DNA from: Camelus dromedarius
Taxonomy: Eukaryota
Direction: 5' to 3'
Length of the DNA stretch: 64,000 bases
Assembly: GCF_036321535.1 (NCBI RefSeq)
Contig: NC_087452.1
Coordinates: forward strand, 41,974,001-42,038,000
The translations under genes and the position numbers were made by a program. The notes beneath the pieces were generated by a model, which worked only from the letters and a program-made list of their open reading frames with translations, did no database searches and was not told where the DNA came from. This document shows, one piece after another, positions 23,701 to 35,817 of the stretch. How positions within the stretch are numbered: position 1 is the first letter of the stretch; each line of letters begins with the position of its first letter.

Positions 23701-26029
23701 GGGATGGAAGAGCCAGCAATGGGAGGAACCTGGGCCCAGGATCACCATGTGAAGGAAGCTACATCCACAGAAGAAGAGACTTATTTGACTTGAGACATGA
23801 GCAACAAACAAACTTCTAGTGGGTTAAGTCACTGATAAGGGAAGGCTTTTAGTGATTGGCACTGTGTTAACCACTACAGGCATGTATATGGTTAATTTTT
23901 TCTTAATGGGGGCTAATAAGCATATTTAAGCAGAGAAATGGTGAGAAGGGGGACATCTCAGGTCACAGAGGGAGGACAGAGAGGTTGGAAGGCAAGGCCT
24001 GGATCCCCTCCTCGGCCCACACCCGTCCACCCTGACGGGGCCTCTTCATGACTAAGACAACTAAGTTCAGGGTTCCAAAACCCACTGCTAGGTCTCTCTT
24101 TCCTTTTAAAATCCAGGAGCAGGTTAAACGTCCAGCCCCTCATAACCCAGGACAATAGCTCTGCCCTATCCCCTGTCAAAGTAACTCCCTGTAGACCCAG
24201 GCCAGGTTTCAGAGTAGAAATCAAGGGATGCTGGGCTGGAAATTAGAGGTGAATGTGTGGCCCTCAGTCAGAGCAGGCCCCCCAGGCCACCACTGCTGGG
24301 GATGAACAGAAGTGTGGAGACAGATTCCACGGGCTTGCCAGGAAGGAACATGCCAGAAATAGGTTCCAACTCCCACCCAGGCTCAGGTAAGGATGCTCTC
24401 AGGCTTCTTGTTAAGGTCCAGAGACAGGCTGATTGAAGGAGTCTGGGCTTTGTACATGGTGGGGGGGTTCTACAGTCGAGGAAGGGGAAGCAGCCCCAGA
24501 GAAGAGCTAAGAATTCAGCTCCCAAAGAAATCCTGCTCCTGACTCCATTCTAACAGCTGCTGGCTCTTCCCTCATCAACCCTTTCCCCTCCCCAGCTCCC
24601 ACCTCCAGTGGTCACATAGGCTCTCACCCCCTCCCAGGAACAGCTAAGGGCGGGGTGCACTGGGGGAGTCCCCAGATGCCAATGGGATTCCTTCCATCCC
24701 AGGTTACATAACCGCTTGACTGCAGCCAAGGTCTGAACTGAATCTGAACATGGAAAATGCTCCAGCAAATAAATTCCAGGGGCATTAGGCAAAGGGCCCT
24801 TTTAAATCAACAATAGCTTTCGTTTTCACGCAGACATGATGACAGGGAGGTGGGGGGCGGCGGGAATGGATCCCTCCCTGATAACCCTCAGAAGAGCCCA
24901 GGGCCTTCGTTTAACCCCCAAAACCCAGGCCCCTGAAGGTCAGGGGCAGGAGGGTCAGTGTACTATCCACTGGAAGCCAGACTCCCATGGGCAGGGCCTC
25001 CCCTCTGCAGGGAAGGGTGGGGCAGAACCGAACAGGGAGGATGACGAGGGGCAGCAGGGTGAGGACTCCTCCATCTGAGCCACTCGTATAACTGCGGGCT
25101 GCACAAAGGGAACAGGTGTTTCCACAGGCAGATTATTCCAGAAACAGAGCTACAGGGCTCCTCCGCATTTACCCGGAGCAGGGGTGGGAGGCTTGGACTC
25201 AACGGGAATCTCTGACCCGGGGCCACCCCTCACCTCCACCCCTGGGAGCACTGGGTGAAGCAAACCCTGCTCCTCCCCTCCTGCCCAACCCAGGGCCCAC
25301 CCGCGGGGCTGCACTGCTCGGGACCCACGAGAGCCCTCGGGCCCAGGCAAGGATGGCCACCGATGTCAAGGGCAGGGCAGATGTGTCCACCGACTAATGT
25401 CCTCGCCAGTTAAAAGCAGAACCAGAAATGGTGTGGCTGTGGCTGAATGTTTGGACTTATATCCACAGGAACAATGCATCTCCAGACTGAGTCCTGAAAC
25501 CCCACGGGGAGCCAGGACTGGGAACTAGTCAGAGAACAAAAACCCAGCCCCACTTCCTGTTCGCTCCAACCCCACCTCACCCACTGTCCTCCACCCTGCC
25601 CTCCACCCCGTCTTCCTGTCCTCTGGCCCAACTCACCAGGACAAAGCCACCAGGAGACCAGGTGCCTGGGCACAGGCCCGGGCTGCATGGGGAGCAGGGA
25701 GAGCTCAGCTGAACTGAGGTTCACAAGAGGGTGGCTGCAACCTGCCCCCTCAGAACTGAAAAGGGCACCTGCAACTGCCCCATGCCTAATTCCCACCAGC
25801 AACGTCCCTCCTTTCAAAAAGGGGGCTTCAGAATACAATGCATCGGATCACTGGCTGGAGGCAGGCACCTGGGACCTGAGTTAAGGGGACCCAGGGCATG
25901 GTGGCTGGGACATGGATGTAGGCAGTGAGCCTAGGGAAGGAGGTGGGGGGGGGTCTGGGGGCCCAGACTGACAATACAGAGGTGGCCAGAGGGCCCAAGC
26001 CAGGGGCCAAGCCCTAAGGAGAAGGCGCT

Positions 26030-26630
26030 GAGGGTCATGTCACTTCCCCCCAATACCCTGAAGCTGCTCCATCTCACTGAGAGTAAAAGCCTAGACCTTT
26101 CAATGGTCTATAAGGCCTTATGTGATCTGCCCCATCATTCACTACTCTAACCTCATCCACATTCTACATGCGCGCGCACGCGCACGCACACACACAGCTC
26201 TCCTGGCTGTCCCTGGAGACACAGTCACTTCTGCCTCAGGGCCTTTGCACTGACTGTTCCTTCTACTTGGAATGCTCTTCTCCTGCATCTCTTCACATGG
26301 CTCCCTCCCTCATCTCCTTCGAGTCTTTGCCCAAATATCCTTTTGTGAGCCCGTCCCTGACCATCTTACTTAAACTGACAGCCCATCTGGGCACGCCTTC
26401 TCTCCTATCCAATTTTTTTCCCATAGCATTGATCAGTTTCCATGCAATTTCCATATTTCTTATGCTTAGGATTTGTCTCTGCTTCTGCCTGGTAGGATGT
26501 CAGCTCCATTAAGACACAGAACTTTGCTTCTCTTGTTCACTGGTATATCTTAAGCTTCCAGAACAGTGCGTGGCACATGGTAGGGGCTCTTAGATATCTC
26601 TTGGTCAGTAAATGAATGAATGAATGGCTG
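26030..26630 (+). mobile_element. L2 (L2a-like) 3' 600 bp
   Basis: 'tcagggcctttgcactgactgttccttctacttggaatgctctt' ... 'gtgcgtggcacatggtagggg...aaatgaatgaatgaatgg'. Confidence 0.88.
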
Positions 26631-26779
26631 CCTGGTCTCAATGGAACCCAGGTTGCCTAGAGACCAGTTACAGTAATGGCCGCCATACAACAGCTGCAAT
26701 TCATGAGTGCTAACTTGGGCAAAATTACGTTTTTGAGAAGATTTCTGCAAGCTTTTCATTTTCCACCCACACTGCTCTA

Positions 26780-26880
26780 CCACCAGATTTCATTCCCCAG
26801 ATAAGGAAACTAAGGCTCCAGGAGTTTCAGAGAAACCACACAGCTGGTAAGTGCCACTGCTGAGATAAGCACCCCAGAAG
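26780..26880 (-). mobile_element. MIR SINE
   Basis: 'cagataaggaaactaaggctccagg...cacacagctggtaagtg'. Confidence 0.65.
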
Positions 26881-29769
26881 ACTATTTCTGAAGCTCACAG
26901 CCTTGTGTAAACCGTTCTGCGAGCACATCTCTGCAGCAGAGCCCACATAAGCTAGTCACTCCCGCAGGCCTGGCCACAGGTCCTCACACCCCGCAACGCC
27001 CTGGGACAATGCCTGGAAAATCTCAGCCTCCCGAAGTACAAAGGAGCAGCCTCACTTTGCAAGATGAGAACAGAGCACCGGCTGGGGACCTTGGAAGCCA
27101 GGGCTCCAGCCCCAGCTCTAAGATTACCAGCTGGGCGCATCTTGTATACAATGACAGGAGTGGGTCCTGTGACCTCTGCAGTCCCTCCCATCCTCTGTCT
27201 TTGCAGAACTGATATCCCCTGGTATCAGCTGGGCAAAGAACAACCCTTGCCTTGAGCCCTACATTTAAGAGAACCCTCCTCTAGCCATACTTCGGCCCCA
27301 AAGACAAACGGGGCTGTGAGGCCAAGGGAAGAGCCCACACCATCCCCTCTCAGACATGCTCTGGGGGTCCGGGGGCCCAGGACTTCTCATCCAAACAGTC
27401 TTGGGTCTACTTTCAGGGTCTACGTGGGCTCTTCTCCAGGGTCTATGCCCTCAGTTGCAAACTGCACCCCTAGTGAGTGGACCTCTGGGCCCAAAGGCGG
27501 CCTTGTGAGTGGAGTGGGTGGGAAGCTTGGATGTGCATCCATACACACGCATGACTGTCTGATGACTGAGGGGTCCCAAACGGGAGGCCCATTACGACGT
27601 GGGGTGGAGCCAGACAGAAAAAGAAGTGGGCCGATGGGCTGGGAGCCAGCTCTCCCTAAGCAGTCAAGGTCTGTGCTGAACTCCAAAGCGCCTGAGCAAT
27701 CCGTACCGCACCCTGGTCTTCCAGGTTGTCAGGAAGGCGTAGGAGGGCGCAACAGAGTTTCCTTAACAGCTATCTTGCTTGGTAACTTTTCCATATTTAG
27801 ACATTCACCAAGTGGACTTTGATTTGTGCTTCTGTACTCCCACAACCTCAAACAAGAGGGTGAGTCTGGACAGAGCCCCAGGTTTCTAAGACATCATAAA
27901 GGAAAGCAGAGAAAAGAGAGTCGATGAGCCTCACGGGGCTTCTGTCTGGGAACATCCCTCTCCCTGTTTCACTGACAGCAGGAAGACACCCCAAGAAGAG
28001 AAGACGTGTGAGGGACTGTTCCAGCTCTGACCCAGCCACAGAACGCTCTCTACACTCCGACCCCAGTGTCGGTTTGGGCCGAGGCAGAAAGAAGATCTGT
28101 TCAATGTAAAAAAAAAAAAAAAAGGGAAATGCCACTCAGGTCCTGATGTCACGAGGATGCCTCAGGCCTGCTCTACCCTGACTGCCCAAGTGACTGGCGT
28201 AAAGGCATTAGCTTCTCTTCTCTCACGGAGGGTATAACTCTTACCTTACAAAGATGCTTTGAACATTGGAAACTGCCTGACAATAGCCACGTTCTCAATA
28301 AACGATAGTTATTACTGTGCTTTATCACTGCAACCCTAACACATAAACACGGTGCCAGGCACCTTGCAGGAATTAGTAAATGTGGCCATGACCGGACAGG
28401 TAGATGGATGGACAGATGGATGGACAGTGGACAGGGGACTTGATTCTTGGTTGGAGTCTTTAAAGGATATGACAAACTACTCGGCACTCACAAAACTCCC
28501 CATCCAACAATGATTCACCCAACACTGCCCTTGAACTGAACCTCAAATACCAGGGCATAAAACTCCTTTTGTCTTCAGGAAGAAAAACAATAACAAAAAG
28601 CTTGGAATTCATCACTGTAGCTACTAGGACTTGGGCTTAAATGTATTCTCCTAAAGCATGTGCTTAAGGTCACGTGCAAACAGTCACAAGCTCAGCTCTG
28701 GAAGATGGATGTTTTGGGGTTCATGGCCCAGGGGTCTCAATACTCCCCATGGCTTAATCTCTGCCCTTGGACATGGACATCGTTTTTAATACCACAATGG
28801 GTGGTCCAATTAATTGAAACTCAAATCTCAATCTGCTATTTTAATGGAGAATGAGAAAACAGAAATCACACTAGTTTCCCAGATAGATAATGCAATAGAT
28901 GCTTCATGCAGATCAATCAGCTTTAATCCAAGGCTTCACCACGGCTGAGGGAAACGTGCCAACACTAAACACACGGGAACCACAGCTTCCCTGCCCTCCA
29001 AAGCCCTGGGACTTGTATTCTTCATTCTGCACTGTCCTGGATATCGCAAAAGGCAGAAGAAAGGGTGTGGATGGAGACGGCAAAGAAGTGGGGAACGAAA
29101 TGTTACCAACCACACGTGTGGAAGCAACAGAAAAATGGAACAGTCAACCACCTCAGAGAATTCAGCTTGGCCAGCCCAGACATTTTGTTCCTCAGTAGGT
29201 CACAGAAGCCATAACTTCCTTAGAGATGTAAGTTAACGGGCAGCACAGGATCTCTGGTTAAAATGAGTAACAGAATGGTTTCCCAAATGTGTTAATTAAT
29301 TTTGAATCACCCTCCCCCCCACAAATCTCAGAGCAAAATTACAATGCATTTGATATCGGAGGCTGCAAAGTCATCTGGTGTCAGAGTAATTCTAGGTTTT
29401 CTAGGCATGGCTTCCTGCAGAACTCCTACAGAAACTGGAAATAGCGTTCCAAAAGCAAAGCTTCCTCACCGGCAAGAAAGAAACAGCCCAGCATGTCCTT
29501 TTTAGGAGGGAACATCTGTGCTCCTCTCCAGAGAGCAGGCAGTTGCCTAGAGATGTCTGTCTGTAAGGAAATCCTCCGCAGAGCTTCCTAAAAACGCCTA
29601 TTGCACAATCCAGGCGTGGGGTGAGGTTGAAAGAATCTTACCATGACATCATGCAGTGGTTCTCAAAGGGTGGGCTCAAGGCTGTTTGCCTGTAACTTTC
29701 ATGTGTGTAACATGACAATTGCTATATCTTTACTTCTGGTATTAATTAGGGTATTTTACAAAAACCTGC

Positions 29770-29950
29770 TGGTACCATTCTTTCCATTCAGCTCTGGTAA
29801 AATAATGCTGGCACAGGCTCTACCAGACAAGAACAAGTCCTAAAGGAGCCAATGCAATTTAATGAGACAAAATACGTCAAATCTTGGCAAACGGTACCAG
29901 GCTTTTGAAACGTTACATCGTCTCGTGTACTACCATTACCGTCATCATCG
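29770..29950 (+). mobile_element. MIR SINE (degraded, CpG-rich)
   Basis: 'tctggtaaaataatgctggcac...tttaatgagacaaaatacgtcaaatcttggcaaacggtaccagg'. Confidence 0.5.
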
Positions 29951-30009
29951 CATATCTCCTTAGTCAACAGACTCAAATGTGCGAGAGTCATTATCCGGAG
30001 CCCCACGTA

Positions 30010-30150
30010 TCCCACACTTGATGAAAATGACTCGCCTGGGGATGCATGTTGAAAACAGATTCCTAGGTCCAGGCCCAGTGAATCTGAATCACTGGGAATC
30101 TGAATTTTTAACAAAACATTATTTTGACCAGGGAAGTGTGGGAAATATGC
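30010..30150. mobile_element. MER5-family hAT MITE
   Basis: 'cgcctggggatgcatgttgaaaacagattcctagg...ctgaatcactgggaatctgaatttttaacaa...gggaagtgtgggaaa'. Confidence 0.65.
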
Positions 30151-33100
30151 CAATGGTTCTTAAACTCATTTGGGAGATTGAAATTTGGAGCCCTTTTTCT
30201 TCCTGCTTAGAAAAACCAAACGCATTGCTCTACTGAGTCAGGCACAGTGGTGTTACTCACCTCTCCCTGGATTAACTAAGGTGATCATTCCTGGTGGGAT
30301 CACATACACTTTCCTTACACTGAGATGTCTTCGTAGCCACAAACACTCCCGACATTCCCTTTTTGGAACGTGACAGGGCATATATCACATCTGGGAAATA
30401 AATCCCCCAGGGAGAAAACGTTGTTCTTGAAAGAATCCCTAATTATTCCAAAGGGCACAATGAAAACCTCAGAGAAAAAAGTAAAACCTTACCTACCTGG
30501 ACTCTGAGGAATTTACACTGCCAGGTTCTTGTGAGAGGCAATGATGGTTGGACAAGTAGTGGGGAGGGACGAAGGGCTTCCTGATCTGAGATCCCGTGGG
30601 GCTTTGAAGTAGAAGAAATGACCAGTGTAAAGGCCAGAGGGCACAAAAGACAAGGAGCTCTGATATTCATCCATGCACTTACTGAGCACCTAATGTATCC
30701 ATGAGGGTCCTTGCCAGGGGCAGATGGCTCTTGTAAACAGGGAGGATGAGTACACTGAAGGGATTATTTACAGGAGAGCAGACAGGTTTAAAAGGAAGCC
30801 CCCCGTGGTAAAGCAACAGCAATTTGCTGTTTGTTAATTTACACCTAGCCTCGTTCTAAACAGGACTTAAGGATGCTTATAAAAATGCCCTCAATAAAAT
30901 AAGCCAGTGAGAAAATCAGAGCAGTGAGAAGTGATGGCACGTGAGACCAAACGCATACCATAAAGCCATGACCTCCTGCTAGAAATGAGCTGCAAAGTTG
31001 CCTCTGAGCTTCCCAGCAGCTAGGGCGAAAACAGAAACCAAATTCGTGGCATCAATAAGGTATAGATGAGCCAGTAACCCAGAAAGAAGACAATTATTTC
31101 CTGGAACTGAGACCTGATGTACGTCGTCCCCCTGGGGCCCCATAAGACCCTGGGTTATACAGTGAACAATGGCTTCAACAGAACCCTCACAGAAAACACG
31201 AATGCCACAGTGACGATTATAGTAAAAACAACAAAAAGAGCTAATGCTCAGTGCACACACCGTGTACGTGTGGATGTGGATGTGGATGTTTTCTAGATGC
31301 TCAACATACAACTTATGATCAAATTCTCTCCATGCTCCCCATAGGAGAGCTCCCTTTGGAAGGATGGGGGTCTACACACAGCAGGCTGGGGGCACCACTC
31401 TTCGTGGAGGAAGTCGAAGCCAAGAGCCCTCCGCAAGAGCAGAACCCAAAAATCAAGCTCTGTAAACAAAATATCCCACTTTTAAATACAGACAGTTGCA
31501 CAGGTCAACAGAGTGCAAGGCATGACTGAGCAAGGTCCAGCCTCCAGGCCACCAGTTTTCAATGCCTGGCCTAGAAACAGATGGACGGCATAGCCTTTGG
31601 GGCCTCCACCATCAACGTCACTAACATTAGCCAAGGTTTCAATAAATGTTGAAGGGTAAGGAGTGTGAAGTCCCACTGGTTGACAAGTTTGGGGATGCTG
31701 ACCCACCGTAATGTTGTTAAGGATGAAGTCTGAGGATTGCCTCAGCCAGGGGTGGGGCAGATCCCTCTTCTGTGGGTCGTGGAGAAGGACGAAGACACCA
31801 CCCTTGCCCAGAAATGGGACATGGAAGGTTCAGAAGTTGGCCACTTGGCCTTGGAGAAATCACACCATTCTTTCTTTGACTAAGGGTTGATTTCCTCAAC
31901 TGAGTGGGGTTGTGTGAAACCCACAAAGACCAAACCACCAGACCGCCACCACCCCTGTTCAGACCGGCCGTCACCAAAAATGCCATCAACAAGCCTCAGC
32001 ACCAAGCCATCGGAAACCCTGCCACCCAGGCGGCCCCCAATTCCTCTGCTGAGAAAACCAGCCCCTTCTTCCTCGTCTTAAGAGGAAGATTGAGGGATGA
32101 AGGAGGTAGGAAGAGCAGAAGGAGGAAACGAGGAACACCATCTCACTCAGCCATCTTCCACCCCTTCCAAATCAGCCCCTATTTGGAAATGTTTGCGGCC
32201 CCTTCTTAAACAAGACAAGTGACCTCAGGGCCAGAGGAATAAAATCCCCCGCCTGTCTCGATTCAGCAGGTTCCTGGCAAGTTAAACACAGTGGCACTTG
32301 GGCTGCTATTTTTAGACCCTATAAATTCTGCTCTTTTTCCCTCTGAAATATTCTTTCCAGGCTTGCCAAAGGCGTTTATCTGGGCTCCAGCTCGTGACCA
32401 TCAGTTTCACACACGCAGGCATCCTTGTTGCGTATTTGTTTGCCGCTATTGTCATTATTTTAGGAAGAGACTCAGAAAACATGTGGGAGGTTTCTCCTTC
32501 CTCGGAGGGGAGGCGGCCTGCCCCTTGTTGCCCCTAGAGTGTGAATTATGAACAGGAAGAGGAAATTACTGCCACCAAACTGAGTTCCTTCAACGGAGAG
32601 CAAAAAAAAGTAGAAAGAAAAGAACCTGAGCAGGAGTCACATGGAAACCTCCCCACCCCAGGACAATGTCTCTGACAGCGCTTCAAAACCCAGATTTCCA
32701 GGGGACCCCACCTCCACCCTGAGACCCACCCAGGAATATCCCTGGGGATGGAATGCTGACCCGCCCGTAACGGTCAGGCCACCACAGTGCCCAGATTTGA
32801 GAACGCTGCTCAGACTCCAAAGTCCATCCCGCATCCAGCTCCGGGTGACCTTGCACTTTGTCCCCACTCTCTGTTCCAGCTGACAGCCGCCCCGAGTGGA
32901 TCAATGTCGTCTAAGGTGGTACTGGGCTGACTCTCCGGGGTCCCTAACACTTTCAGGAGACTGTGCCACTTCCCAGGCCTTGCTCAACACGGCCCAACTT
33001 GGTTCTAGAAGCTGCCATGTAGACAGGTGGATGGTGGAGCACACAAGCTTCACCACAAAAGCAGACCTGGACCTGGGCCTGCCCCACAGTATCAGCGTCC

Positions 33101-33199
33101 AACATGGGCAGCAACACGCACCCATCTTCCCTCCAGCTGTTCGTGGGACCGCTTTGCAGCTGTGGTCCACGTGCACAGCCTCTGCCAGGCTCCAGGACT

Positions 33200-33560
33200 G
33201 GCACCAACATCCCCACACCTAGGATTCCTGCTTGCCCATTCTCTCTCCCTCCCTTTTCCACATCTACGACTTTAGCTACTTCTACTGTCTTTATCTCCAA
33301 AAGGTCTCAGCCTCTGGCCCCATCTGTCTCCAGTTGGCCCCACAATGCCTGCACTGCTCCAGCCCCCCTTCACGGCTCTCGTCTTCCAGCTGGGCTGTCT
33401 GCTTCCACTCTCGTGTTCCCCCACCTCAATCGGCTCCCTCCGCAGAGCCAGAGAGGCTTTCTGAAAGCATCTATCACATCCTGCCACTGCCTGGCTTCCC
33501 GGGAGCACTTAGACAAAATCCCACCTCACCGGATGGCTCACATGGCCCAACACACTCTGG
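33200..33560 (+). mobile_element. L2 ORF2 3' fragment
   Basis: 'ctgtctgcttccactctcgtg...cagagccagagaggctttctgaaagc...gcacttagacaaaatccc'. Confidence 0.7.
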
Positions 33561-33629
33561 TCTGTGTCTATCTCTCTGGGCCTTTCTTCCTATTTTGTTC
33601 AATCCTCCCAATGACCGTTTGAAGCAGGA

Positions 33630-33775
33630 ATTAACCTCAGTGTACAGAGGAGATTTGGGAGATTCGGGGAAGTGGTGTAACCTGCCCTGAGTCTCCAGCC
33701 ACCAATGGTGGAGCTAGAATTGACACCTGAGTCTCACAGACGCCAGAGTTCGGGCTCTTTCTACTCGGCCTCTCA
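33630..33775 (-). mobile_element. MIR SINE
   Basis: 'gtacagaggagatttgggag...gtaacctgccctgag...aatggtggagctagaattgacacctgagtc'. Confidence 0.65.
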
Positions 33776-35689
33776 GTGCAGATTGGCCAGATTTAAAACC
33801 AGAAATGTGGCAGACAGCCCACGGCTCCTTGTTCATGTAGTTTTGAACATAAGACCTGAGCTGATCTGGGGAGAGCAGAATGGCTGCACATAGGAGCACA
33901 AGTGGAAAAAAAAAAAAAAAAGAGGAAAAGGAAAGAGGGAGAAAGGGAAGTGAAGAAGAGCAGGGAAATGAGGGCGAGGAAACAACAGATGCTCTGACTA
34001 ACATCTGATACAGAATTACAAAACGTAGCTGCAAACCTCCATCTGCTTTGGGCTGGAGCTCTGGTAAGTTTCCAGTGCCAGAGGGTTGGGCCAGTACCGA
34101 CCTTCCTCCTCTCCCTAGAAGTTTCAGTCCCTGCTTACATCACCTCTCCCGGGACGGAGCAGACAAAGTGAATCAGCCGGTCACGTGGCAAAGGCTCACC
34201 AAAGACACTTTCCAGCTGAGATGTCCGGTTCAGTCAGAGTTTCCTTCCCTCCTAGAGCAAAAGGGAAAGCCCTTCCTTCCTATCATTCTGATTTTTCCCA
34301 TCCGCTTTTGTTTTTTTTTTAATGCGGTGGAACATAAATTTATATAACTAGGTTTTCAGGATTCCCTGACCTTTTACGAAGATGAAGCACTGACACAACG
34401 CTCCTCAGCAAACTCTGATCTTCCTGTGTTTGTGAGTTCAAACTCAAAGAAGAGAGTCAAAGGGAGCATTTCTCATAAAGATTTCTCCCTGACATCCTAC
34501 TAAACTGACTCGTGGTGAAACACTTCTCTCTTGTCTAACATCTGGAATCAGATAGTATAACCACGTGTTTACCAATACTGCCAAACTTCAGGACCTAGAT
34601 TTTTCCAATTTTATTAATAATTCTTAGCACCTTTATCATAATCACATCCTAAACTGAAAATTATGTAAAAGCCCTCTGGGAAGAAGTTAATTTTTTAAAA
34701 ATGCTTGACAAGAAATCATTTATAACTGCAGATCCATAGGGAGAGGGGTTGGGAGGAGGAGAGGCTGAATTTGATTCAGTTCAACAAAGACGGGGCTGAG
34801 GACTCACCACGGATGACCCTGGGTTGGGACCTCTAAGTGGTACTAGGAGGAAAGGGATAAGCTCAGGGCTTCCAAACTGCTGAAGGTCTGACAGGAGAGT
34901 TAGATATTACATACGTGGTGAGAATGCTTGGCCAAATATGCTGATGTCCACATATGAGGTACTTCATGTATGCTGGACCACGGGAGAGACAGGAAACATC
35001 TCTGGGCAACGTACCCAGCCACAGGGCAACGTTTTCCAATCTCCGTTGGAGGAAGAGGTGGTCACAGGATGCAAGCAGGAAGCATCATGTGAGCCCTCCA
35101 GGAAAGCTCCGTAAAGAAAGACGATGTAGCTGAGACATACACTCCTATGTACTCTTCTGTCTTCCTCCCATCTCCCATCTGGAATGCGGGTGTGATGGCT
35201 GGAGCTCCATCAGGCATCCTGGGCAATAAGGCAGCCCTGAGGCTGGAAGCCATGGTCTGAGGATGGTGGTACAGAAAGAGAGAAGCATTCTGGATCCCTG
35301 AGGACCATGAAGCCACCATACCAGTCCTGAATGTCTTTGGATTTTCTGTGGTGTGCATTCTGGCTTGCCCTAAAGGCAGCACCAGGAGAGAAATCCAGAG
35401 ACGGACAGGCTGACAAGGGTGCTTCTCTAGGGCACGGGGGCTGCTGGGTAGGGCACTGCCCAGATACCAGAGGACAGGGTCTTGGAACGGCTCTTCAGAG
35501 GGATGGGATGAGAGTCAATGGGCAGGGGCAAATCTGTTGCTCTTAACAGGATCTTGCGTCTGCTCATTAGTTACAAACCACCCAAAATGGCCTTTGTCTT
35601 CCTCCCACTGTCTCTGTTTGCTCCCCCTCCTCAGCGCCAGATGACGGGTACATGGCTACACAAGACAGAACTTCAACCTCAAGAGCAGC

Positions 35690-35817
35690 TGGGGAGCGGG
35701 TGGAGGGAGGGCAGAGCTCAGTGGTAGAGCACATGCTTAGCATCCATGAGGTCCTGGGTTCAAGCCCCAGCACCTTCATTTAAATCAACAAACAAACCCA
35801 ATTGAAAAAAAAAAAAA
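35690..35817 (+). mobile_element. Vic-1-type tRNA-Ala-derived SINE (camelid)
   Basis: 'agctcagtggtagagcacatgcttagcatccatgaggtcctgggttcaagccccagcacc' plus A tail. TSD AAGAGCAGC at 35681-35689 and 35818-35826. Confidence 0.92.

Noticed and set aside
32896-33690. Stack of 100-170 aa ORFs on both strands
   Set aside because: They overlap a C/T-rich L2 remnant and GC-rich flank with few stops; no recognisable product.
34380-34392. 13-nt match to mature miR-143 (agatgaagcactg)
   Set aside because: The match breaks before the miRNA end, and there is no precursor hairpin or miR-145 neighbour; chance.
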